This document shows positions 39,423 through 48,858 of a stretch of DNA of 64,000 bases, one piece after another. The notes under the pieces were generated by a model. The model did no database searches. It saw nothing but the letters and a program-made list of their open reading frames with translations, and was not told the DNA's origin. How positions within the stretch are numbered: position 1 is the stretch's first letter; every line of letters starts with the position of its first letter. The stretch spans positions 128,001 through 192,000 of the forward strand of contig CAVSZB010000008.1 in assembly GCA_963732385.1 (NCBI GenBank), read 5' to 3'. Origin of the DNA: an uncultured bacterium. GTDB lineage: Bacteria; Krumholzibacteriota; Krumholzibacteriia; LZORAL124-64-63. The translations under genes were made by a program, and so were the position numbers.

Positions 39423-39552
39423 GACAATCGCTCCGGTGGCCAGGGAGGCGGCAGGGCGATTTGCCTTGCTCGCGCGTGCGCATTTGCTTATACCCTTTGC
39501 CCTGACCGTTTGGCAATTTCATTCTCCCCGTTCCGGCCCGGGAGGGTTCTCC

Positions 39553-40812
39553 TTGCTTGACCGCAAGTTCATCCGCGACAACGAGGAAACCGTCAGGCGG
39601 GCCGTTGCGCTGAAGCGAGAGACGGTCGACATCGAAGCCTACTACGCTCGGGATGCCGCCCGGCGCGCTGCGCTCCGTGAGACGGAGGACCTGCAGGCGG
39701 CCGCCAATACCGCCAACAGGGAGATCGCCGCGCGCAGGAAGGCGGGCGACGATGCCGCCGAGGCGATCGTGCGGATGCGGGAAACCAGCGATCGTCTCAA
39801 GGAGTTGCGCGGCGTGGCCGCCACGCTCGAGGCAGAGGTCGAGGCGCTGTATCTGCGCATCCCCAACGTGCCGCACGAATCGGTGCCCGAGGGCGGGGAG
39901 GATTGCAACTGCGTTTTGCGGACCTGGGGTGAGCCATGGCTACCGGAACAGCCGGTCCGGCCGCACTGGGAGATCGGCGAGTCTCTGGGCATTTTCCATC
40001 CCGACGCCGCCGCGAGGATGTCCGGATCGGGCTTTTTCATTCTTTCCGGCGACGGCGCCCGGCTCGAGCGAGCGCTCATCAACTTCATGCTCGACGTCCA
40101 CCTGGAGCAGGGATATCGCGAGCTGATCGTGCCCTATCTGGTGGGACCGGCGGCGATGACCGGTACCGGCCAGCTCCCGAAACTCGCCGACGACATGTAC
40201 CACCTCGAGGCGGACGATCTGTACCTGATCCCCACCGCCGAGGTGCCGGTCACCAACCTGCACCGCCAGGAGACCCTGCGGCGCGAGGATTTGCCGCTGC
40301 GCTATGTGGCGTTTTCCCCCTGTTTCCGGCGGGAGGCGGGCTCGGCCGGGAAGGACACGCGCGGCATGCTGCGCGTGCACCAGTTCCATAAGGTGGAGAT
40401 GGTCCGTTTCGAACTACCCGAGGATTCCTGGGCCGCTCTGGAGACGTTGACCGATGACGCGGAGGAGGTGCTGCGCCGGCTCGAACTGCCGTACCGCGTG
40501 GTGCTGCTCGCCGCCGGCGACCTCAGCTTCGCGGCGGCCCGCTGCCATGATATCGAGGTCTGGTCGGCCGGGGTCGGTAAGTGGCTCGAGGTCTCTTCCT
40601 GCAGCAATTTCACCGATTTCCAGGCCCGTCGGGCCGGCATCCGCTGGAAGGGGCCCGACGGCGGCGGGCTCGTCCACACGCTCAACGGTTCGGGTCTGGC
40701 GCTGCCGCGTGTCGTGGCGGCTTTGCTGGAGAACGGGCAGACCCCCGCCGGCCGCGTGCGCGTGCCCGTGGCCCTGCGTCCCTACCTGGGTGGCTGCGAA
40801 CTGCTCGGCTAG
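39553..40812 (+). CDS. serS: Seryl-tRNA synthetase
   Basis: TTG start (MLDRKFIR) after GGAGG; IPTAEVP, CFRREAGSAG, RVHQFHKVE, EVSSCSN, HTLNGSGLA. Confidence 0.97.
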   Translation: MLDRKFIRDNEETVRRAVALKRETVDIEAYYARDAARRAALRETEDLQAAANTANREIAARRKAGDDAAEAIVRMRETSDRLKELRGVAATLEAEVEALYLRIPNVPHESVPEGGEDCNCVLRTWGEPWLPEQPVRPHWEIGESLGIFHPDAAARMSGSGFFILSGDGARLERALINFMLDVHLEQGYRELIVPYLVGPAAMTGTGQLPKLADDMYHLEADDLYLIPTAEVPVTNLHRQETLRREDLPLRYVAFSPCFRREAGSAGKDTRGMLRVHQFHKVEMVRFELPEDSWAALETLTDDAEEVLRRLELPYRVVLLAAGDLSFAAARCHDIEVWSAGVGKWLEVSSCSNFTDFQARRAGIRWKGPDGGGLVHTLNGSGLALPRVVAALLENGQTPAGRVRVPVALRPYLGGCELLG

Positions 40813-40833
40813 GCCGTTGCGAGGAGGCGCTCC

Positions 40834-42111
40834 TTGTTCCCATGGCCTGCCCGCATTTTCGGTCTGCGCCGGCGTCAGCTGTTCACCATCTATGTCCTGG
40901 CCGGCAGCATTGGGATCGTGCTGGCGGTGACGCTGTTCACTCTGCGCGTCTCGCGGCAGGTCGAGCAGCAGTCGCGCCTGGCCACCCGGCTGCTTTCCAG
41001 TCTGGCCAGCCGGTCCCTGGGCGAGAATACGCCCGCGAGCATGCAGGAGATCATGCTCGCGGTGAACGAGATCCAGGTGCCGTTCATCATGACGGACAAC
41101 GCGGGCCGCCCCCTGCAGTGGAACGCGCGTGTCATCGGCGTTCCGATGCCCGAACGGCTGGCCGATCTGTATGCCGTCGACCCGGCGCACCCGGGCGATC
41201 CGGGTCTCCGCCGGATCCTGAAACTGGTGCATGAATATGATCGCGATCACGAGCCGTTCGCGATCGTGGAACCGGCGAGCGGGCGGCGGATCGGCACGCT
41301 GCACTATGGCAGTTCCGCGCTCAGTCGCCAGATCCGCTGGATGCCGTATCTTGAACTGGCGCTGCTGGCCGCGTTCTTCCTGCTGATGGTCTGGGCGATG
41401 ATGATGAGGAAGGAAGGGGAGCAGCAGCGCCTCTTCGCCGGCATGGCCAAGGAGACGGCCCATCAGTTAGGCACGCCGCTCACGGCGATGATGGGGTGGC
41501 TGCAGATCCTCCTCGATCGCCATGGCGACGACGATGAGGTGATCACCGAGCTCGGCCGCGACGTCACGCGGCTGACCAAGGTGGCCGAGCGTTTCAGCCG
41601 GATCGGTTCGCAACCGCGGCTCGATCCGGGCGATCTGACCGAGACGATCCGCTCCACGCTGGTCTATTTCGAGCGTCGGCTGCCGCATCTCGGTGGACGG
41701 GTGGATCTGCGACTCGAGGGGGCGATCCGCAATCGGGTGCGGTTCAACCGCGAACTGTTCGAGTGGGTGCTGGAGAACCTGATCAAGAACGGGATCGATG
41801 CGCTCAAGGACGGCCGCGGCACCATTGCGGTGCGGCTCGAGGACGGGCCTGGCGCAGGCGTCACCGTGCTCGTGTCCGACACCGGCGGCGGCGTGCCGGC
41901 CGGGCTGCGCAACCGCATTTTCGAACCGGGATTCACGACGAAGACGCGTGGATGGGGCATGGGCCTGGCGCTGGTGCGCCGCATCGTGACCCAGTACCAC
42001 GGTGGCAGGATCCAGGTCGTCGCGAGCGGACCGCGTGGCACGACCTTCGCCATCACGCTTCCCGGAGAAGAGGAGACCGACCGTGCCGTTCAGGATTCTG
42101 TGGGTCGATGA
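40834..42111 (+). CDS. Membrane sensor histidine kinase
   Basis: Two TM segments; GMAKETAHQLGTP H-box; ENLIKNGIDA, DTGGG, PGFTTK, GMGL. Confidence 0.93.
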   Translation: MFPWPARIFGLRRRQLFTIYVLAGSIGIVLAVTLFTLRVSRQVEQQSRLATRLLSSLASRSLGENTPASMQEIMLAVNEIQVPFIMTDNAGRPLQWNARVIGVPMPERLADLYAVDPAHPGDPGLRRILKLVHEYDRDHEPFAIVEPASGRRIGTLHYGSSALSRQIRWMPYLELALLAAFFLLMVWAMMMRKEGEQQRLFAGMAKETAHQLGTPLTAMMGWLQILLDRHGDDDEVITELGRDVTRLTKVAERFSRIGSQPRLDPGDLTETIRSTLVYFERRLPHLGGRVDLRLEGAIRNRVRFNRELFEWVLENLIKNGIDALKDGRGTIAVRLEDGPGAGVTVLVSDTGGGVPAGLRNRIFEPGFTTKTRGWGMGLALVRRIVTQYHGGRIQVVASGPRGTTFAITLPGEEETDRAVQDSVGR

Positions 42112-43639
42112 CCAGATCGATGAACTGCGCGCCCACTTCGTCTTCCTGACGGAGAAAGGATACGCGGTGGAGGGGGCGGCCAACGGCCGCGATGCGCTCG
42201 CCATGATCGTGCACAAGCCCTACGATGCGATCCTGCTCGACGAAATGATGCCAGGCCTGGGGGGCCTGGAAACCCTTGCTGAGATCAAGAAGATCGACGA
42301 GACCGTGCCGGTCATCATGGTGACCAAGAGCGAGGCCGAAGATCTCCTCACCCGCGCGATCGGCAGGCGCATCGACGACTATCTGGTCAAACCGGTTTCG
42401 CCGGTGCAGGTCCTTTCGGTCCTGAGGAAGACGCTCGAGGGGCGGCGCATCCGCGGCGAGCAGGTCACCCGCGACTACCTGGCCCACTTCGGCGAGGTCG
42501 GTGACCGGGTCGCCGCCGCGCGCCTGCCGCAGGACTGGGTCGATCTGTACGTCGATCTGACCACCTGGGGCCTGGAACTGTTCACCTACAGCGATCTCGG
42601 TCTGCGGGAGACGCACGCCGAGCAGATGGCGGCCTGCAACCAGGCGCTGGCGCGCTACGTGCGTGAGCGTTACCGCGGCTGGGTCAACGGCGAGGCCGAC
42701 GCGCCGCTGCTGTCGCCGAAGCTGTTCGCCACCTGGGTGGCGCCGGAGATCGCGGCGGGCCGGCAGGTCTTCTGGATCGTGATCGATTGCATGCGTCTCG
42801 ACCAGTGGCGTTTCGTCGAGCCGCTCGTGGAGCCGTACTTCCGCATCGAGAAACGGTACTACTGGTCGATCCTCCCCTCCGCGACCCCCTTCTCGCGCAA
42901 CGCGCTGTTCAGCGGGCTTTACCCGCTGGAACTCGCGCGTCGCTATCCCGACTGGTGGCAGGGATCGTCGCAGCAGGAGCATTCCAAGAACGCCTTCGAG
43001 GAAGAGCTGCTGGGGGAGCAGTTGCGTCGGCTCGCTTCGCCGGCCGCCGACAGTTACAAGTACTACAAGGTGTTCGATGCTCGCGACACCGACAACCTGC
43101 GCCGGCAGATCGGTTCGCTGGGCGGCATGAAGCTGGTCGCCGCCGTCTACAACTTCCTCGACATCATGGCGCACGGCCGGTCACAGTCGGCGATCCTCAA
43201 GGAGCTGGCGCCTGACGAGGCCGCGTTCCGCTCGCTGATGTCGAGCTGGTTCGAGCACTCGTCGCTGTTCGAGGTGCTGAAGCAGGTGGCGCGGCGCGAC
43301 TGTACGGTTCTGCTCACGACCGACCACGGTTCGATGTTCTGCCGCCGGCCCAGTCTGGTGAAGGGCAACCGTGAAACCAGCACGAACGTGCGCTACAAGT
43401 ACGGCGACAACCTGGCGGTGGACGAAAAACAGGTCTTCCTGTTCAAGAACCCGGAGCACTACATGCTGCCGAAGCAGTCGCCGATAGAAAACTACGCCAT
43501 CACGACCGAGAACTACTATCTGGTCTATCCCACGAATTTCCACGAGTACGAACGGATGTATCGCCAAAGCTTCCAGCACGGAGGCATCAGTCTCGAAGAA
43601 TTGATCTGTCCCTTTGTCGTTCTGCGGCCGCGCGGTTGA
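42083..43639 (+). CDS. PorX-like response regulator (REC + PglZ/alkaline-phosphatase-like domain)
   Basis: ILWVDD, LLDEMMPG, VTKSE, YLVKP; VIDCMRLDQW, ILPSATPFSRNALFSG, YNFLDIMAH, TTDHG, FQHGGISLEE. Confidence 0.9.
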   Translation: MPFRILWVDDQIDELRAHFVFLTEKGYAVEGAANGRDALAMIVHKPYDAILLDEMMPGLGGLETLAEIKKIDETVPVIMVTKSEAEDLLTRAIGRRIDDYLVKPVSPVQVLSVLRKTLEGRRIRGEQVTRDYLAHFGEVGDRVAAARLPQDWVDLYVDLTTWGLELFTYSDLGLRETHAEQMAACNQALARYVRERYRGWVNGEADAPLLSPKLFATWVAPEIAAGRQVFWIVIDCMRLDQWRFVEPLVEPYFRIEKRYYWSILPSATPFSRNALFSGLYPLELARRYPDWWQGSSQQEHSKNAFEEELLGEQLRRLASPAADSYKYYKVFDARDTDNLRRQIGSLGGMKLVAAVYNFLDIMAHGRSQSAILKELAPDEAAFRSLMSSWFEHSSLFEVLKQVARRDCTVLLTTDHGSMFCRRPSLVKGNRETSTNVRYKYGDNLAVDEKQVFLFKNPEHYMLPKQSPIENYAITTENYYLVYPTNFHEYERMYRQSFQHGGISLEELICPFVVLRPRG

Positions 43640-43667
43640 CCGCGGTCCGCTTTTTGCGGAGAGCGCT

Positions 43668-44180
43668 TTGTCTCAACTCATCCCGGATCCGGTGGACTTC
43701 ACGGCGCTCGGCGCGACGGTCTCTCCCGCGGAGACCGCCGCGCTCGGCGTGCGCGCCGCCGGCCTGCTGGGCGGTGGAGAGGCCCTTTTCCTGTGGGGCC
43801 CGCTGGGCGCCGGCAAGACGTTGTTCGTGCAGGGGCTCTGCCGCGGGCTGGGAGTGACCGACGAGGTGGTCTCGCCCACCTACAATCTGGCCTGTCGCTA
43901 CCGCGGGCGGCTCCTGGTCCACCACCTCGATTTCTATCGCATCGGCCCTGGCGCCGACCTGGCCGACATCGGTGTGGACGGCATGCTCGAGGATCTCGAC
44001 GCGGGCGACGCCATCCTGGTGGCCGAGTGGCCGCTCCCGCTCGTGCCACACGTGGCGCGGCGGCTGGAACTGCTGGTGGTGCCGGGCGCGGGGGCGGCGG
44101 ACCGTCTCTGGTTCGCGCGGGGCGTTCCGCAACTGCCGCCTGCCTGGCGGACCCTGCTCGCGACGGCGCCGCCATGCTGA
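43668..44180 (+). CDS. tsaE: t6A biosynthesis ATPase TsaE
   Basis: GPLGAGKT, SPTY, HLDFYR, AEW. Confidence 0.93.
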   Translation: MSQLIPDPVDFTALGATVSPAETAALGVRAAGLLGGGEALFLWGPLGAGKTLFVQGLCRGLGVTDEVVSPTYNLACRYRGRLLVHHLDFYRIGPGADLADIGVDGMLEDLDAGDAILVAEWPLPLVPHVARRLELLVVPGAGAADRLWFARGVPQLPPAWRTLLATAPPC

Positions 44181-44995
44181 CGCTCGCTCTCGACACCGCC
44201 ACGGCGTGGGGGCGGTTCGCGCTGGCCGAGGATGGTCGCCTGCTCGCCAACCTGCCTCACAACGTCACCGGAAGCTATGCCGACGCGCTGTTGCCGCTGA
44301 TCGGACGGCTGTTCGAGCAGGGGGAGCGGCGGCTGGAGGAGGTCGGCGCCGTCGGGGTGACGTGCGGCCCCGGCAGTTTCACCGGCGTGCGCATCGGTCT
44401 GGCGACGGCGAAGGGGCTGGCGTGGGCGCTGGGCGCCCGGCTGGTGCCGGTGCCGACCCTGGCGGCGATGGCGGCAGCCCTGCTCGACGAGTGGACCGAC
44501 CGTGACCTCGCGGTGCCGGCGCTCGACGCGCGACGTGGCGAGGTGTTCGCCGCGCTCTACCGGCGGCGCGGCGCCTGGGTCGAGGCGGTGGAACCGCCCG
44601 CCGCGCGCCTGCCCGACGCCTGGTGGGCCTGCCTGAGCAGCCGGCTGTCCGGTGGCACGGCGTCGGTGTGGGGCGGTAGCGGCGTCGAACTGTTGGTCGG
44701 GCAGGGGCCGTCGCTGCGGCCCGGACTCGCGGCCCGCGGTGAGCCGGAGCCGCGTGCCTGGTCGGCCGCGCATCCCGACACCGCCCGTGCCCTGGCGCTG
44801 GCGATGGGCGATCCGACCGCGCAGTTGCCGGCGGTCCACCCCTTCGCTGCGGTGCCGCTGTATCTGCGGGCGTCCGAGGCGGAGGTCAAGCGGCGGCTCG
44901 ATCTCACGCCGGGCGCGCCCGACTGGGCGTGCGAGGCTTCAGGGGGCGAGCCGGGCGAAGCGGCCCCCTCACCGCCGGACGAGGCCACCCGATGA
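44174..44995 (+). CDS. tsaB: t6A biosynthesis protein TsaB
   Basis: LALDTAT, GPGSFTGVRIG, LDARRGEVF, PLYLR. Confidence 0.93.
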   Translation: MLTLALDTATAWGRFALAEDGRLLANLPHNVTGSYADALLPLIGRLFEQGERRLEEVGAVGVTCGPGSFTGVRIGLATAKGLAWALGARLVPVPTLAAMAAALLDEWTDRDLAVPALDARRGEVFAALYRRRGAWVEAVEPPAARLPDAWWACLSSRLSGGTASVWGGSGVELLVGQGPSLRPGLAARGEPEPRAWSAAHPDTARALALAMGDPTAQLPAVHPFAAVPLYLRASEAEVKRRLDLTPGAPDWACEASGGEPGEAAPSPPDEATR

Positions 44996-45468
44996 CCGAA
45001 GCCGGCGACAGGCTGCGGGTGCGCCCCGCGCGGGCGGATGATCTGCCCGCCGTCGAACGGATCGAGAACAGCAGTTTCGCCGACGCCTGGCCGCGGCCGG
45101 CGCTGGCGGAGGAACTGCACCCCGACTCGCTGCGGTTGCCGTTGGTGGCGGAGCGCGACGGCGAGGTTGTTGGCTATTTGATGGCCTGGCGCGCGGGCGA
45201 CGAGCTGCACATCCTGAATCTCGCCGTGGACGGGGCGGAGCGCCGGCGGGGCATCGGGGAGCGGCTGCTGGCGGAGGCGATCGCGGAGGGGGTGGCCCGG
45301 GCGATGGCGCTGGTCACCCTGGAAGTCCGCGAGAGCAACGAGCCGGCGCGCCGCTTCTACGCAAGCCATGGTTTCGTAGCCATGGGGCGCAGGCGGCGTT
45401 ACTATCGTGACAATGGCGAGGATGCGATCGTCATGACGCTCCCCTTGCGCGGGACGGCGCCGGACTGA
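44992..45468 (+). CDS. rimI: Ribosomal protein S18 alanine N-acetyltransferase
   Basis: HILNLAV, RRRGIG, LEVRESN, YYRDNGEDA. Confidence 0.92.
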   Translation: MTEAGDRLRVRPARADDLPAVERIENSSFADAWPRPALAEELHPDSLRLPLVAERDGEVVGYLMAWRAGDELHILNLAVDGAERRRGIGERLLAEAIAEGVARAMALVTLEVRESNEPARRFYASHGFVAMGRRRRYYRDNGEDAIVMTLPLRGTAPD

Positions 45469-45567
45469 CCGGACCGGCGCGCGGCGAAGGGTTGTCCACC
45501 GGCCGCCGAAAGGTTACCGTTGCCGCGCCATGACCGGGTGCGGACCGGACGGTGCGAGGAGGCAGGC

Positions 45568-46446
45568 GTGTCCTGGCTGAATCAGGCCAAAAAAGGCATC
45601 AAGGTAGTCGGGGAAAAGAAAGAGATCCCCGATAACCTGTGGCAGAAATGCCCCGGCTGCGGGGATGTCCTCTATCATCGTGAACTCGAGCGCAATCTCT
45701 GGGTGTGCGGGTCGTGCAATCACCACCTGCGCATCACCTGCCAGCAATACCTCGATCTGCTGCTCGACGGCGGCTCCTGGCAGGAGACCCACCGCGGTCT
45801 CACTTCACGCGATCCGCTCGAGTTCAAGGACTCCGCCCGCTATCGCGACCGTCTGCGTGCCTCGATGAAGAAGACCGGGCGCGAGGAGGCGGTCATGGTC
45901 GGGCAGGGCCTCATCGACGAGGTGCCGGTCCAGTTGGGCCTGCTGGATTTCGAGTTCATGGGCGGCAGCATGGGGTCGGTGGTGGGGGAGAAGCTGTCGC
46001 GTCTGTTCCGCGACGCGCTCGCGACGCGTACGGTCGCGATCGTCCTGTCGCGCTCCGGCGGCGCTCGCATGCAGGAATCGCTGCTTTCGCTAATGCAGAT
46101 GGCCAAAACCAGCGCCATCCTCTCCCGTCTGCGCCGCGACGGCGTGCCGTTCATCTCCATCCTGACGAATCCGACCACCGGCGGCGTCACGGCGAGTTTC
46201 GCCGTGCTGGGCGATGTGCTGATCGCCGAGCCGGGCGCCCTGATCGGCTTCGCGGGGCCGCGGGTCATCCAGCAGACGATCAACAGCGAACTGCCGGAAG
46301 GTTTCCAGTCCTCGGAGTTCCTGCTCGATCACGGCCAACTCGACCTGATCGTCAACCGCCGGGATCTCAGGGCGCGCCTCGGCGAGATCCTGCACTGGTT
46401 CACGGACGGGCGCGACGTTTCGGTGCGTCAGCCGTTCCGCGGCTGA
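45568..46446 (+). CDS. accD: Acetyl-CoA carboxylase carboxyltransferase beta subunit
   Basis: WQKCPGC...CGSC Zn finger, FMGGSMG, SGGARMQE, TGGVTASF, GFAGPRVI; GAGGAGG RBS. Confidence 0.96.
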   Translation: MSWLNQAKKGIKVVGEKKEIPDNLWQKCPGCGDVLYHRELERNLWVCGSCNHHLRITCQQYLDLLLDGGSWQETHRGLTSRDPLEFKDSARYRDRLRASMKKTGREEAVMVGQGLIDEVPVQLGLLDFEFMGGSMGSVVGEKLSRLFRDALATRTVAIVLSRSGGARMQESLLSLMQMAKTSAILSRLRRDGVPFISILTNPTTGGVTASFAVLGDVLIAEPGALIGFAGPRVIQQTINSELPEGFQSSEFLLDHGQLDLIVNRRDLRARLGEILHWFTDGRDVSVRQPFRG

Positions 46447-46454
46447 GGGCCGTC

Positions 46455-47861
46455 GTGGCCGCGCCGCGCGCCGCAGCCCCGCAGCCGGAGCCTTCGGCCG
46501 GTGAGCCAGGCGTGCAGACGGCCGGCCTGCCGCCGTTCATCCCGGACAACCCGGACCTCGACTGGCTGTTCCGGCTCAACCTCTTCGGCATCCAGCCCGG
46601 CCTGGAGCGGATCGAGGCCCTGCTGGCGGAGCTCGGGCACCCGGAGCGGGCGCTGCGCACGATCGTGATCGCCGGCACCAACGGCAAGGGCAGCGCCACG
46701 CGCCTGTTGGCGGCGCTGCTCGGCGCCGCCGGGCACCGGGTCGCGTGCTACACCAGTCCGCACCTCCTGCGGGTCTACGAGCGTCTGGAGCTGGACGGCG
46801 AACCTTGCGATCCGGGGCGGTTCGCCGCCGCGGCGGCGAGACTGCGCCCGGCGATCGAGCAGCACGGCGCGAGCTGGTTCGAGGCGCTGACCGCGATCGC
46901 GTTCGATCTCTGCCGCGAAGCCGGCAGCGAGGTGCTCTGCTGCGAAGCGGGGGTCGGCGGACGGCTCGACGCCAGCAATGCGCTGCCGGCCGTGGCCACG
47001 CTGTTGACGAGCGTCGCGATGGACCATGAGCAGCTCCTGGGCGACACGCTCGCGCGGATCGCGGCCGAAAAGCTCGGGCTGCTCAAGCCGGGCGCGCCGT
47101 TGTTCTGTGCCGTGCCCGAGGCGCTGCGCGCGCAGGTCTTCGCGGCCGGGGTGGAGGCCGGCAGTCCGGTGCACTTCCTCGACGAACAGACGGTGATCGC
47201 GCCGCGGGACGCGGCCGGCCGCTGGGATCTGGTCACCCGGCGCGGCGTCATTGCCGACCTGCCGCCCCTGGCAGCGCCGTGGCTGTGCCGCAACGCGGCG
47301 TTGGCGCTGCTTTGCGTGGAGGATCTGGCCGCGCGCGGTCTTGTGCGCGCACCGGCCGATCCGGCCGCGGCGCTGGCGGGGGCCTTCCTGCCCGGACGGC
47401 AGCAGCATGTCCTGACGGCGCCCGACTGGATTTTCGACACCGCGCATAACGGCGAGGCGCTGCACGCGGCCCTCGACACGTTCCTGGCCCGGCCGGTAGA
47501 GGGGCGCCGCCTGGTTCTGTTCGGGTCGATGCGCGAGAAATCGCTCGACGATGGCGTGGGGGAACGGTTGCGTCGCTGCGCTCACGTGGTGGCGGCGCCC
47601 GTGGCGCTGCCCCGCACCCGCACGGCGGCCGAACTGGCGGATCTGTTGCGTGGCTGGGGGTTAGCCGAGCCCGAAGTGGCGCCTGATCTGGGTGCCGCGC
47701 TGGCCCGGCTCGGACGCCTCACCGCCGCCGCCGATGCCGTACTGGTCACCGGCTCCTGTTTCACGGTGGCGGAGGTGCTCTGGCGGCTCGGCTACGACGA
47801 CCTGCGCGAGACGCGTGTGCCGCGTCAGGCGCGGGAACTGCCGGCCCGTGCGGCCGGTTGA
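46455..47861 (+). CDS. folC: Folylpolyglutamate synthase/dihydrofolate synthase
   Basis: AGTNGKGS, YTSPHL, EAGVGGRLDASN, DH, DTAHN, VTGS; start approximate. Confidence 0.92.
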   Translation: MAAPRAAAPQPEPSAGEPGVQTAGLPPFIPDNPDLDWLFRLNLFGIQPGLERIEALLAELGHPERALRTIVIAGTNGKGSATRLLAALLGAAGHRVACYTSPHLLRVYERLELDGEPCDPGRFAAAAARLRPAIEQHGASWFEALTAIAFDLCREAGSEVLCCEAGVGGRLDASNALPAVATLLTSVAMDHEQLLGDTLARIAAEKLGLLKPGAPLFCAVPEALRAQVFAAGVEAGSPVHFLDEQTVIAPRDAAGRWDLVTRRGVIADLPPLAAPWLCRNAALALLCVEDLAARGLVRAPADPAAALAGAFLPGRQQHVLTAPDWIFDTAHNGEALHAALDTFLARPVEGRRLVLFGSMREKSLDDGVGERLRRCAHVVAAPVALPRTRTAAELADLLRGWGLAEPEVAPDLGAALARLGRLTAAADAVLVTGSCFTVAEVLWRLGYDDLRETRVPRQARELPARAAG

Positions 47862-47886
47862 CGGCAGTGACGGAAGGAGACGGTGG

Positions 47887-48858
47887 TTGAGCCTGGAACT
47901 CGTGCTCGGCGCGGATACTGGCGGCACGGCGGTCAAGTTCGCCGTTTGTGACACGGATGGCGCGGTCGTGGCGTCCGGCGAGACGGCCACGAACGCGCAC
48001 GATTCGCGCGAGACCCTGTCCCGTCTGGCCGCCTCCGCCCTCGCGGCGCTGCCGGACGGCGGCCGGCTCGCGGCGGTCGGCGTGGCGTGCGCCGGCATCG
48101 TGGGCCCGCGCGACGGACACCTCGGGCGCTCCCCCAACCTGCCCGGCTGGCAGAACCGGGATCTGGCCGCCGACGTGCGCGCTGTCTTCGGCGATCTGCC
48201 GGCGGCCTTCGTCAATGACGTCAACGCTGCCGTCTACGGCGAGTGGCGCCAGGGCGCCGGCCGGGGATTCCGGCACCTGGTCATGATCGCGCTGGGCACC
48301 GGCGTGGGGGGCGGAGTGATCTGCAATGGTCGTCTGCTCACCGGCGCGCGCGATGCCGCCGGGGAGATCGGCCACATGGTGCTCGATCCCGCAGGACCCC
48401 TGTGCAACTGTGGCAATCGCGGGTGTCTCGAAGCCTACGCCGGCGCGGCCGGATTGGGGCGGCGCGCCGCCGAACTGGCGGCGGCGCCCGGCGTGGCCGG
48501 TCCGGCGTTTCGGGCGGCGGTGGGTGACGGGACCGGGCGCGCGGAGCTGGCCGACCTGCACGCGCTGGCCGCGGCGGGCGACGCCACCGCGCGCGAACTG
48601 TTCGCCTGGGCGGGGCGCGCCCTGGGGCAGGCGGTAGCCAATTGCGTCAACGTGCTCGACCCCGATGCCGTGATCATCGGCGGTGGCGTGGCGCGGGCCG
48701 GGAGCTTCATCCTGGGTCCGTGCGCCGAGACCGCGCGCCGTCTGATCATGGCGGAAGCGAGCCGCGAGGTGCCGCTGCTGCCCGCCGCGCTCGGCACGCT
48801 CGCCGCCGCGCGCGGCGCCGCCGCCCTGGCGGCCGACCGGGGCGGGGACAGTCCGTGA
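47887..48858 (+). CDS. ROK-family sugar kinase (glucokinase-like)
   Basis: DTGGT, NDVNAA, LGTGVGGG, GEIGHM, CNCGNRGCLE. Confidence 0.93.
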   Translation: MSLELVLGADTGGTAVKFAVCDTDGAVVASGETATNAHDSRETLSRLAASALAALPDGGRLAAVGVACAGIVGPRDGHLGRSPNLPGWQNRDLAADVRAVFGDLPAAFVNDVNAAVYGEWRQGAGRGFRHLVMIALGTGVGGGVICNGRLLTGARDAAGEIGHMVLDPAGPLCNCGNRGCLEAYAGAAGLGRRAAELAAAPGVAGPAFRAAVGDGTGRAELADLHALAAAGDATARELFAWAGRALGQAVANCVNVLDPDAVIIGGGVARAGSFILGPCAETARRLIMAEASREVPLLPAALGTLAAARGAAALAADRGGDSP

